NCBI GenBank assembly: GCA_036172245.1
Contig: JAYWIR010000001.1
Coordinates: forward strand, 558,001-622,000
Length of the DNA: 64,000 bases
Origin: Raillietiella orientalis
Taxonomy: Eukaryota
Direction: 5' to 3'
The notes under the pieces are model-generated. The model had not been told where the DNA came from. It ran no database searches and was given only the letters and a program-made list of their open reading frames with translations. The position numbers and the translations under genes are program-made. Shown piece after piece: positions 36,000 through 47,750 of the stretch (position 1 is its first letter; every line of letters begins with the position of its first letter).

Positions 36000-36200
36000 C
36001 CTCCGGGGTCCACCTCAACCACCATCTCGTCCCGGAACGTAGAGGCGACCTTGCGCATCGCAGGTGGACGCGGCTCGCGCCCTCGGGATGCCCCCTAAAG
36101 ACGGTGTCGCAGGAAGGCTCCCCCAGGGAGATACAGGAGCTGAACCTGTGGATAGAAGGTGCGCGCCTGCCGATCTCCCCCTGGGTCTGGGATCTCTCGC
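36000..36200 (+). mobile_element. Short LINE RT relic (domains 5-6)
   Basis: EIQELNLWIEGARLPISP resembles LQxxLxxxxxWxxxxxLxISPxK. Confidence 0.4.
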
Positions 36201-37518
36201 GAGAGGGCGTTTTGCTTGCTAGAAGCGCGGGCCTCCCTGGGGTCGGGCGTGGGGAGCGTTCGCGGTTCGACAGGGAGCCCTCACGGCCGTCCTCCACCTC
36301 GCGTCTTCTGCTGGGGGCAGGCGAAGGTCGGGACTCGGCACTTCCGCCCTGGTTCTCTCCCCCTCCTTCCGACATCGCCGCGGGAGGACCGCGGTGCTGC
36401 GCGCGCGCGTGCCGACCCCGCGGGGCGAAACGGACGTTTTCAGGCCGGCGGTGGCGGCGCCTCTTTTGCTCGCGGTGATCCGGCGCCGTCTCATCTCCGC
36501 GCGCTCGGCTGGCCTCCTCCGTCGGTCCGTGGCGCTCTGTTGGCAGTGCGGCGGCTGCGCACTGCCGACAGCAGCTGAAGCTCGCGGCAGCCTCATCCTG
36601 CGGGACGACTCGCCTCTCCCTCTCGAGGACGGACGGGGGGGAGGGGCGGGAGGGGTAGCAGTGGAGAGTTCCAGGCTCTTCTTCCACCCTTCTGGTTGCC
36701 CTCCTTGGTCCTTTTCTTCTCTTCTTCCTCGGGAATTTTCTCCTCGTGAATCGGCGGCTCGTTGGCCTCGTTTTGCCCCCCTCCCTCCCCCCCCTCCAGG
36801 AGCGCTTGGCAACGTCTGGGAGTGACCATGGCAACGGCCAGCAACCGTTACCATGGGCACTCTCCGACGCGGCCTGCATTCGTGGTTCCCGGGCCTGGAC
36901 TGCCGGCCAGCATCCCCGTTCCTTTGCACGTGCCTCTCGTCGTCGTCCAAGCAGCTGCCAGCTGGCACACGCTACACGGGGGAGGGGACAAGACGGTCAT
37001 TGGCTCTCTGGAAGAGCCGTGCACGAAGAGGTCGCGTCCCGCAGACACCTTCCGAAATCGACCCTGGGCTCCTTGCGTTTCACCCGGCGGGTCATCCGCC
37101 AAAGAGCTGTCGCTACCCGGTCTTCCCGCGTCTCTCTGGGGCGCCCCTCCTCCCCTGCATTACCGGCAGTCTGCCCCCATCCTCTCGACACCTTCTTCAA
37201 GTCCTCGGCCTTCTCCCCGAGCCCTCTAGAGGACGCGGACAAACGACCGAAAGAACACCGTCAGCTCCCTCCCTCCCATACGCTTCCGGTACCTCCACCC
37301 TTGCTCGGGCTGGGTGCTCCAGCGATGGCCCGCCGTCTTCCTGCCGACCGACCGCGAGAGGACGCGCGTTCCCCAGGGCGTTCTCAGCGAGCGGCTGCTA
37401 GCGAGCCGGGACCTCCGACGCCTCCTCAGATCCCGAACCCCGCGGAAGATCGAGGGGGGACGCGCGCGTTCCGGCACTGCGCCCTTGTTCCCTGGCTAGC
37501 ACACTCTCATCTTCCCAG

Positions 37519-37891
37519 AATGGTCTTCGCCGGAATGCGAGGATATTTACGAGGTCATAGAGCACGCCGCCTCCGAAGCCGCAAGCGATGACGACTCCTG
37601 CGATTGGTTCGACACCAGCGACTCTGAGGAACCCATGGAATACCGCAACGAATCTGTGAGCCGGGAAGACCGTCTGTCCTCGCGTGAACTCCAAGGGGTC
37701 ATCTTTCCCGCAGGCCGTTCCATGCAGCTCCAAGGATTGCGACAGGAACGCCCCCGCGTATGGGTTGAACAGGCTGGCTGTGTCCGCTAGCGAGAGGATC
37801 AAGAAATTCTGGTCCTTCACCAAGGCCGACATTAAGAACGAGCTCAATCGCAGTTTCGGGCGCGTCTGTACCACGCCGAGAGCTCAAGAAA
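37519..37891 (+). CDS. RhoGEF N-terminal exons 37519-37655 and 37714-37891
   Basis: cttcccag|, |gtgagc...ttcccgcag| (58-nt intron), |gtaagt. Peptide WSSPECEDIYEVIEHAASEAASDDDSCDWFDTSDSEEPMEYRNES|AVPCSSKD...SASERIKKFWSFTKADIKNELNRSF. The phase-1 exit matches the exon at 41367. Confidence 0.75.
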
Positions 37892-38949
37892 GTAAGTTCG
37901 AGTCTCTGATTTGTTCGGCAGCCGTCACTCTCTCTCTCTCTCTCTTTTTCTTTCGAACCGCGAAGAAAGAAAGGAAATGCCGCAACCGGGGGAGAAAGGG
38001 AAGGAGGGCATTGTTCGTGCCAACAGTGCTGTTGTATCCCTCAAGGAAGTGTGACTCATGTAAAGGGCTGAGAGGGACTTCCTTTTGTGGGTATAGAGGT
38101 CAGCACCCTTTGCGAACCCGATCACCAATCGGAGAGACGAGCGCAGTCTCTTCGCATTCTCTCGAATGGCCCGTCCCTGTCCACGGGAACCGGCCGGTCC
38201 ATTCGGCGTGGTGGACGCCGTTTCTACTCCCGTGCGCGCAGGAGTTTTCCTGCGCAGCCGTCGGGGGCGCCGCCGCGCTCTCGTCCCCGGTCCAGTCCGT
38301 ACCCCGCCCGATTCGACGAATTAATTGCCCCGTCCCCTGCGCGCCCCTGCCCTTCCTGTCGGTCCTCACGGGTCTCATGCGTGCTCGGTGCACCGAGGGA
38401 ACACGGCACAGAAGGCGGGAAGGGAGAAAGCGAGCAAAGCTGGCAGCGGCCGCGCTGCCCACTGGGAACCGGAGACAAATTGAGTAAAATGGTGTCAGAT
38501 CGGATGGCGGATCTGGCGCCTGGCAGCGTTCCGCTGCAGTGAGCAAGGAGAGTGCGCCCAGCCTTTCCGTCTTCCACGTGCAAGGCGAAGAATAGGCGAA
38601 CGTGACGGAACGCAGTCCTGCGCGCTCCGCGTGGTTATCCCCCTCCCAAGGCGAGAGGTTCGCTCCGGGCTGCAGGAGGAACGCAGGTCTGATCGCTCAG
38701 AAGCTGCGTACCCGCGAATCCGTGGTGACGCGACTACCCTGTGCTTGTGAGGGGCCGGGCGCGGGCAGTCGGGCCCCCCTTCGCAAGGCCACCCGCCCGC
38801 GTTCCCAGAAGCTCGAAGTCGAGCGCCCCGATGGGAGTGGGGTTCGAAGTGGGGTTATTCCCTATTTTCCTTTTACCGATGGCGAAGACAGCTCCTTCGG
38901 GAAAGCAACGGGTGCTTCCGGATGCCTGCAGCCAATCAAAATCGCGGGA

Positions 38950-39900
38950 GATCTTACATATTTTTATATAGGTTGATGTATATCATAAAAATTATAAAAA
39001 AGAAATATATCTGGTTATTGTGTGCATTAACACACATATATAAGAAATATATTTGCTTATACGTAAAGTTATCTTAACCGTACAAATTATTGATGCCATT
39101 AATGATAACATGTGTTGATATGCTATTAATGTATGCATTGAAGATCATTAAAAATGTTTACTATGTATGTGAATGCATATTTGTGTACATAATGAACGTA
39201 TGAATTTATAAATATCGAATCATGAGAAATGAAAAGTGAGGACGAGGACTAGTCGGAAAGAATTTAAAAAAAAAAAAAAAAACAAATTAAAAAAAGAACA
39301 AACAAAAAAGACATTTGGTATTTCCTCTTCCTGTCATCTCCAACACGCAACACATGAAACTTCCTCAAGAATTGACGAATTCTACTTCAGGCACTCTGAT
39401 CGTTTGATGATCGACATTTATGCATTCATTTCAGCTATATCTATTATATGTATAAATACGTGTAATAAGCATGTGCATTTTTTGTGATCTTTCATGTACA
39501 CATGGATAATATATATTAATGCAAATTATTGATTATCTTAATAATACGTATGTTAATAAATATCGAAAATCGTGTGTGTTCACCTGTTATTTCTATTAAT
39601 AACATATGTGTTAATAAATACACGTGGATGTTGAAATGAAATGGTTGTTGATGGTTTGTGTTAATAAATATCGAAAATCGTGTGTGTTCAAATGATTTTT
39701 TTCTATTCATAGTATGTTAATAAATATCGATAAACGCGTTCAATTACTCAACCACGACCTTGCGGCCAGAGTCCAGCTCGATATTTTTTTGTAAAAAGAT
39801 ACATCAAATATGTATCGCAATGAGCATATGTATTTATGATCTTCATAATGCATATCAGTCTGCGTGCCAATGTATGTAAAAAGCCTATTGATTTTTCGTG
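38950..39900. other. AT-rich island with internal direct and imperfect inverted repeats inside a GC-rich intron
   Basis: Abrupt composition change. 32-bp identical repeat at 39551-39582 and 39659-39690, partial third copy at 39715-39730. Imperfect inverted pair 39132-39148 / 39836-39854. Confidence 0.75.
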
Positions 39901-40899
39901 ATCTCTCGGGTTTTCGGGGAAGTCCCCGGAAGTGGTGGCCAGCGATGCGACGTGGGCCGACCCTCAGGCGGATCGGCTAGCCGTGTTTTGGAACACGTGT
40001 GCCTTTCCTCCGTGTGCTCGGACACAGGCGTGACGCAGCGTTCTTGGGCGTGGGTGCGCCTTCCTTCATGCCGTTCGGCGTGCACGACGTCTGCGGGGCA
40101 CTTTGGCTGCCTCGCGTTGCCTTGGGGAAACGCCCGGCCACTTGCCGCGTCTCGTCGGCTGCGCCAAACGGCCCGAGCGTTGCCTATCCCTCCTCGCCTC
40201 CTCCCTTTCGCCTCCACGCGACGACAGCCAGCACCGCATCTCCTGCCAGCGAGCGCGTGCCAGCGAATCCGGGGAACGGGGAGCGAAGGAACCTGCGTCG
40301 CGATGGCGACCTGGGTGACCTCTAGCGGATGCACCGCTCGCTTCCGGTCGGGGAGGAGGGAGAGGGATCCTCGGGGAGGAGGAGGAGCAGGGCATTTTCG
40401 TGTTGCCCGAAGTCCCCGGCCAGCTCGGCTGCTTGCAGGGGAAGGAGGAAGGGTCGGTCCTTGGCCCCGGGAAGGGACGGAGCCGCGTTCCCTCCGGCCG
40501 ACTCCGAAAGCCGGAAGGAGGGAGGGAAAGAAGGCCGGAGGAAAAGGGCAGCCCCGGGCTGCCGGAAATCCTCGGGAGACGGGAGGCTCTGCGTTCGTCG
40601 CGCTCCCGCTCGGAAGAGTCCTCCTGCCCCTAGGGGAGGGAGGCCCTTTGCTCGTCGAGCCCGTCCTTACCGGCCAGGGTCTGGCAGGTCGACTCCCGAC
40701 TCTCCGACAAGTCGCCCTCGGTTCTCACTTCTGGGTAAGGGCGAAGGGCAGGGGCGGCTCTGCAGTGGATCCGCGGTCGCCACGAAGAGCAGGTGGGCGG
40801 CCCTTCCCTACCGAGGCGCTGCCCGGGGCTTCTCCCCTCGCCCTCCTTGCCGCTGGTCATCGTCGTGGTCAGCACCCCCTGGCTGAAAGCCAGGGAAGA

Positions 40900-41250
40900 A
40901 GTCGCCCGCTGGCAAGTACCCTTTCGACGGTGTTTTCGTCTGTGAAATTCGACCAGGTGCGGATGCTTGGCTCCGTAGTGTCCCAGGTCAACCACCTGGC
41001 TGAAGGCAGCGGAACTCGCCGGGCTGCAGAACCATATCCGTCGCCGCCTTCGTCAGCCAGACGTCCGACTTCCTTGTCGATCTCGCCTGCGTCCACCACG
41101 TGCCGACGAAGAAGACCTTCGAGGAGAAGACGCCGAAGGTGTTCGTGGTCAGCATCCGCGACGTGACGTTCGCGTCCCGGAGGAACGCGGTCCGCTTGCT
41201 GGCTCCGGCCTCTCGGCAGCAGCTCTCCTTCGGGCCTTTCGCGGTGCTTC
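40900..41250 (+). mobile_element. Eroded LINE RNase H relic
   Basis: YPFDG (YTDGS), RSTT..AAELAGL (TTSTAAELxAI) and TSDFLVDL (TDSxxAL) occur in order across frames. Confidence 0.35.
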
Positions 41251-41366
41251 GTCCCTGGGATGCACTCGGCGGGGGCGCGCGCTGTACCCGGGAGAGGCGG
41301 CGCTGTGCATAGAGAGGGGCGCGAGGGGAGGCCCACGTTCGCCTTTCACACTCTTCTCCTCCCCAG

Positions 41367-44300
41367 AATCCAAGCTACTGTACTCTGGCAGCGACAAGTT
41401 CTCCACGTGGTCCATCAAACAGAGGCTGAGGAAAATCTCCCTCCCGTCGTCGTCGAGGAAGAGCTCCGTCGAGACCAAGTCGGTTGCTTCCACGTTTTAT
41501 CTGCCTCTGAACGCCGCTGGCGATGACCCAGGGAAGCCAGCCTTCGTCAGCGGCAGGTGTGCCCCCCTTCCTTCCGACGGCGGCGCCTTCGCCTCGCCCG
41601 CTCTGGCGGCTGAGGCTGCGGGCCTGCCCAGCCCCTACAACTCCGGGGCTGCCTTCCTCGGAGTCTCCTCGAGGGACTGAGGAACCTGCGGGGCCGCGAC
41701 CCCGAGGGGAGAAGCGACCTCGGGCCATCTCACTTTCTGCTTTCAGCTGCGAGAGGCGCCGGAGCAGGCGATTCGACAGGCGGCTGTCCAAGTCGTCCGT
41801 GACTCGCCCCACCGCCCCTCCTCCTGCCCCTCCCCAGCTGCCCTCCATACCCGCGATGGCGTCCAAGGAGAGCGACGAGAACGCGTTCGTCGAGCGCGCT
41901 ACCAACGACAAGAGCAGTCTCATGGCTGAGCTCTCCGACGAGCCGCTGTATCAGTTCTACGAGACGGACGCTGCGGAGGCCGCGGAGGTGAGATCGCCTG
42001 TCTTCCCGGCCGCGTCACGCTGCCCCCCGTTTTTCCCGCCCCTCCATGGGTGATGCGGGCTCCTCGGTTCCCCCTCGCCCTTGAGAGGGCGGTCGGAAGG
42101 AAGGAAACCCGCTCTGCCGAGCCGAACCTCCTTCCTTCCTTTCTCCTTTTTTGAAGGGCAAAGGTTACCCGGGAGAGAGGGTGCACCTTGTGGTCAAATG
42201 GATCGGCGCAGTCAGGAAGGCGGGAAATGGGCTCTTTTCACCCAGGCGCCGCCATGCCACTTTGCTTCCTCTTCAAGGGGCGATGGCTCCTATAGCGCTT
42301 CCTCACGTCAGTCCTTTTCGCCCGGGGGTCGCACCGTAGGCGGCTTGGCCCATGACCTCTAGGCTTCCTCTCGCCCTGGAAGCCGCGCGGATGACCCTTC
42401 TTTTCCTCCCCTTCCTCTCTCGAGCGGGGGTGCACACACGCGCGCTTCGGGACAAACCTCATCCTCCTCGTCTTCCCTTCCTCTTTCCTCCTTTTCCCTT
42501 CCCTTCTTCCCGCTCTTCTCTTCCTCCTTTCTTCCTCCCTCTGCTCCTCTATCCATCTTCTTCCTCCCCATCCTCTTCCTTCCTCCTCCTCTTTTCCTCC
42601 CCTTTGCTCCTCTGTTCCTTACCCCACCCGCCGCTCACTGCCCACATTGTCCCCGCAGGGGTGCCTCCCCTCTCTCGGACGCCGCCTCACTCGCGCTTTC
42701 CCTCAGGAGGAAGAGGACGCCGGCATGGATGGTTACTACGAGAGCATCGGGGAGAATCCCTCCGGGGCGAAGGTCTCCGCCCTGGACGTGGTCTCCGGGA
42801 ATGTGAGTCAGAAGAAGCTCTGGTGCGAGCTGGCAGCTGTGCGAGAGAGCGGAGTTCTCGGTAAGCCGCGCGTCCCGCTCGCATCCCAGCGGTCCAGCCG
42901 CCGCCGCCTCCGCTCCCGCAGAGAAGCTGAGTGCAGAGGAGAGGAAATGCCAGGAGGCCATCTTCGAGGTCATCGGGTCGGAGGCGTCGTACCTCAAGTC
43001 GCTCAGCATCCTCGTCCGCCACTTCATGCTGTCTCCGGAGCTGGAGGCCGTGCTGACCAAACAGCAGGCCCGCACGCTCTTCGCGGACATCATTCCCAGT
43101 ACGTGCTCCCCGCCCTACGCGAACCCTACGAGAATGCCCTAACCTCCTCCACGGCGTGCCTTGCAGTAAAGAGGACCTCGGAGGCCTTCCTGTCCGACCT
43201 GGAGAAGCGCTGGCACTACAACGTGGTCATCAAGGACATCAGCGACATCCTGCTGGTCCATGCCACCAGGCGCTTCGACGCTTACGTCAAGTACTGCTCG
43301 AACCAGGTGTACCGGGACTGGCTGATGCGCGACCTCAGGTCAGCCCCGGGGGGCACGAGACGCGCGTTTTGCTGCCGACGCCGCCCGCGCTCGGGCTTCG
43401 CCCTAGCGTCGTCTCAGGGGCAGGGGGGGGGGGACAAAACGAGAAGGGAGGAAGATCTCTGGACCCGTTCCTCTCCTCCTTTTCCCTCGGGCACGATGGC
43501 GCCTTCTCGGTCTCCCGCCCCCCTACTCGGAATGGATCATGGTGTCCAGAGTCCCGTCCGTAGCCCGCGGAGGCAGGTCAAGGTCACTTCCGGGTCCAGA
43601 GGGACCACGGAGGCAACCCAGCGCGCGCGAGCCGTGCGACGAGGAGCCGGCCTTCGCCATGCAACCTGACCATCCCGACAGAAAGGTGGAGTTTCCGCGC
43701 GGCGCACTGAAGTCCATAGCCGCCACCAGCGTTTGCATCCTCCGAGGTCGACGGCGACCTCGAGCCGCGTACCGCTCCCGCGCGATGTCTCGCACGCACC
43801 CTCGGGCGTCGGAGGGCGGGTCGCTTGGAGCAGGGCGGCGACTGCCTTCTGCCTCCTCTCCCCAGGTAACCCGCTGGGGCCCATCGTGCGCCCCTCTGAC
43901 GCAGGCTCCCTCCGCCCTCGGTCTACTTCCCTTCTGGCGTCCGCTGATCCCGCGGCGGCCCTCCGGGCCACCTGACCCTTCAGCTGCACGCGAGCCTAAG
44001 AACTGGTTGCCGCGAGACGGGATGACAGCCCTCCCCTCCCCACTTTCGGGCGCACCCCCAATCACCCCTGCTTGGCTGCGACCTCTGGTTTCCGCGGGCA
44101 TCCTGTCAACGAGCGCCTAGGGGCCGCCCGCGGTGCCTCCGGGCGGTACTCCCTCTGCCTGAAATGGCGGATCCTTTCGCTCAGGAGGCAGTCCGTCGGT
44201 GGGGCTGTGGGAGGCGCCGATCGCTCCGCCCTCCTAACGGTCTGTGCCCAGGGCCAGCCCCCGGTTCCTGGATGTTCTGGGTCGTCTGGAGAGCGACCCC

Positions 44301-46137
44301 GTCTGTCAGAATCTCCCCATGCACTCCTTCCTGCTGCTGCCCATGCAAAGGGTGACCCGGCTGCCGCTGCTCGTGGACGCCATCTACAACCGGGTGGACC
44401 CGGACTCGGCGGCGTTCCAGGGATACCAGTCAGCCCTGCTGGCCCTCAACAAAGTAATTCCCTCGGGGGCTGTGAGCGGGCCTGGGGGGAGAAAGAGGGG
44501 CCTTCCGCTGCGCACCGGCCCGTTGCCCGGGGCAGCTGCGTGTTTCCACCCCCCTCTGAGAGTCTCCGTGGTCTTTCCTCCCTCCCTCCCCCCCCCTTCC
44601 GCAGGTGGTCCAGAAGTGCAACGAAGCGGCCCTGAAGGTCACCCGCATGGAGGAGATGCTGACCGTCAGCCTGAAGCTGGACTTTGGTCGGCTGAAGAGG
44701 ATCGAGCTGGTGTCGGCGTCTAGGTACCTGGTGAGGAAGGGTGAGCTGACCCGCGTCATGGGAAAGGGCGGCGACACCGTCTGCCGGAGGGGCAGGAGGG
44801 CGTCCCGGCAGTCCCTCTTTCTGTTCCTCTTCAACGACATCCTCGTCGTCACCGAGCCGAAGAGGTACGTCGCCTGCCGGATCTGACCCCCCATCTTTCC
44901 CCCTTCTGTCTCTCTCTCGCCACGCCCAGCGGCGGCAGTGCCAAGCAGGACTTCCTCGTGGTCGACCACTGCGCGCGCAACATGGTCACACTGAAGGAGG
45001 AGCAGGACACCGCCGGCGAGCGCTTCCTGAAGCTCGTGCTGCTGGAGAACAAGGACCACAAGACCGGAGAGATGGTGAGCCGCGGGGGGGGGGGACGATC
45101 CCTAGATGGCGGGACGTCCCCGTTTGTGCGCAGAGGCTGGACATGCCCCCGGAGTCCGAGGTCACCCGGTGGATGGAAGCCCTCACACCACAGACATCCA
45201 GCAACCCGGACGAGAAGATCTACGAGACCTGGGACTGCCCGCAGATGAAGGCCCTGCACGCCTACGCCGCGCAGCAGTCCGACGAGCTTAGCCTCCAGCC
45301 AGGGGACGTTGTCAACGTGCTAAGGAAGATGGCGGACGGTTAGCGTCGCTCCCTCCTTCCCGCCTCCTCTTCGCTCCCGAGCGACGCCGCCTCGCAGCCC
45401 TCCCTCCTCCGGACTGCACGGAGGAGGCGGGTCGTTTCGTGCTTCCGGCCTCCTCTTCCCACACTCCTTGCCCCGGCGGGTGCGCTCGGCGGCGAAGCGA
45501 GGTCAGCGCGCCTCTGGAGTCGTTGGTCTCCCATCTCCCCACCTCTCTCCTCGCCTCGTCCTGCCGCCGGTCGCTGCGCCGAGAGGAAGGGAGCGAGCGA
45601 CCGTGCCTGAGCGGCTCCAAGAGCGGACAGGGCGGCGACAACCGTCTCCATGCCCCCCCCCCCCAGGCGCGGGATGGAGCGGGCCTGCGACCTCGGGATT
45701 CGTCGGGGACGCAGCCCGGCCGCCGCCTCTCTCCGGGGAAAGGGGGAGGTCAGCTGACGGAGTGGCCGACTCTGCCTCCGCCTGCCCGGGGCGCGGCCGC
45801 GCACTCCTGCGCGCTCCCGGGAACAAGAGCACTACGAGGGGCCTGGCGGAAGGGAAAATGCCTTCAAGGGTGGGGTGGAAGGTTGAGGAGGGTCCGAGCT
45901 TCTGGCGCCTTCCCTCCCGCGTCGCCTGCCCCAACTCACGCCGATCTCTTCCCAATAGGTTGGTGCCAAGGAGAGAAGATGGCGGATGGGTCCATCGGAT
46001 GGTTCCCCGGGGTGTTCTGCAAGGAAGTGGCTTCCGCCCACGTGCGCGCCAGGAACCTGCGCCAGCGGCACCGTCTCCTCCAGCTGTCCGAGTCTTACAT
46101 TGGGGAGTACCTGCGCAAGGAGGGCAAGAAGAAGTGA
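41367..46137 (+). CDS. ephexin: Ephexin-family Rho guanine nucleotide exchange factor (DH-PH-SH3); exons 41367-41556, 41747-41987, 42707-42860, 42922-43098, 43167-43338, 44252-44453, 44605-44864, 44930-45074, 45134-45338, 45959-46137
   Basis: All introns are GT-AG and phase-consistent. Motifs: DEPLYQFY (ephexin regulatory Tyr), LWCELAAVRESGVL, DH (ERKCQEAIFEVIGSEASYLKSL...FDAYVKYCSNQ...SFLLLPMQRVTRLPLL), PH (LVSASRYLVRKGEL...LFLFLFNDILVVT), SH3 (ALHAYAAQQSDELSLQPGDVVNVLRKMADGWCQGE..GWFP) and terminal ARNLRQRHRLL. TGA ends at 46137. Confidence 0.95.
43500..44000 (+). mobile_element. Eroded LINE RT relic within a RhoGEF intron
   Basis: HGVQSPVRSP (GVPQGSVLSP) and downstream QVTRWGPSCAPL (GxxWGxSxxxL). 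Confidence 0.4.
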
Positions 46138-46949
46138 CAGGCGCCGTCCCGGCATCCTCCGCTTCGCTCGCTTCTCGCCCCACCTCCGTCCGCGGTGGTG
46201 TCGCCTCTCCCCGCCCGCCCTCACCCGCGGGGATACCAGGAAAAAGAAGAAAAAAAAGAAAAAAAGGAAGGAAGGAAGGAAAAATCCGCCAATTTCCGCC
46301 CGTTGGCTAGGGCTGAAGGCTGGCTGCCCCCTGAAGCAGCGCGGCGAAGACCCCCGCCCCGACCGCCTCCGCTGGTGCCAGGAGGACTGGCGTCTGGAAG
46401 GCGGTGGCGCATCCATCACCGCCCGGGGCGGGGCGCACCCGCTCTGAAATACACTGTTCTGCCAGGTCGGGTCTTTTGCGTGGGTGGCGGGACCTGCCCA
46501 GGGTCTCTTCATCCTCGGGAAGGCGCGCAGGCGGCGCAGCGCATCCTCCTTTCCCACCCGGGTCTTTGCGCGAGTGTCCCTTCTGCCGCCGCTGTGGTCA
46601 GTTGGCGAGCGTCCCCGCTCCAGCGCGGGCCGGGGCGGTCGCCTGGAAACGCACAAGAGCGCCTCCCCGGAAGCGCCTCTTGGTAACCTGAGACCATCCG
46701 AGCGGACATGACTCCCACTCCACATCCCTCTTCAGGTGCCCCCGCGGTCCGCTCCCCTTTCTCTCCCTCCTGCGTCTGGAAGCTGTCTCTGGGTGCGGCC
46801 TCCCGTGGAGGGCGACGCGCCCCAGGGTCAACGGCACCCGATGAGGTCGCGAGGAGGCGATTCCACAGAGCCTCGGGTGGCTGGGACGCCAACTCTCCCG
46901 GCGGCCGCGGGGCAGTGCGGGAGAGGCGAGGGTGCGCGAGTGAAGAACT

Positions 46950-47750
46950 CGTCCGGCGGGGTTCCTGTTACCCAGGAAGCGGCGACGGAACGCGTGGAAA
47001 ACGACCTCTTCTCCCGTGCGTGTCCGGAAGGGAAGCCGTTCCTGCGTCTTTTCCGTGCGACCAATGGGGAGCCCACGTGGGAAGGGGGTGGGGGATCCCG
47101 AGGGCGGTTGCTGCGAGAAGTCCGGCTGCGGCGACGGCGTTTTCTTCCAGGTGCTTGCCGTAGAGTCACCACGGAGACGCCGACTGTCGACGGCGACTTG
47201 CATCGCGTGGACCACGTCCATCGTAATACCCTGTCCCTCCAATGGATCCCTCCCTTCTGACTCGTGTCCTGGAAGCTCCTTCTGCCTTAATTGCTGCCAT
47301 CTGCCGAGAGGTTCCGAAATCCTCTCTTTCGCAGCAGCCGGACGGAAGAGGGCGTGGAGTCCGGAGCGACTCCCAGGTGACTGCTGCGCAGGTGTGACGC
47401 CGCTGGTCCTTCGGAGAGCGAATCCCCCCCTCCGATCGTTTCCCTGAAGCTCTCCGGCAGCCGCCTGCCACTCCCGATGGCCGAACCCGGAGGCGCGGTA
47501 GCTACGCGACCTCGGAGGTGGAAGGAAGGCGCTGCTACCCCCTGAGCAACCACAATGCGGGCGTCTCCTCATCTCTCCCGCCATAGCCTGAGGTCGGGTC
47601 ATTTTCGCGGAGGCCTGACCTGCTTCCCTCGCCTTTCCTCCCGAACTCAGCATTTGCTCCGGAGGCAGGGGATCACGCCGCTGTGGGAAGGCAGGGAAGC
47701 GTAAGCCATCAAGGGGCCCACAGGGGATCCTCTCGCCTGGACGCAGCTGG
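46950..47750 (+). mobile_element. Eroded LINE RNase H relic
   Basis: KTTSSP..., DGVFFQVL and NTLSLQWIP (IxLQWIP) occur in order, interrupted by stops. Confidence 0.4.

Noticed and set aside
39551..39730. CRISPR-like repeat-spacer array
   Set aside because: Only two full 32-bp copies with irregular spacing, eukaryotic intronic context, and no cas genes.
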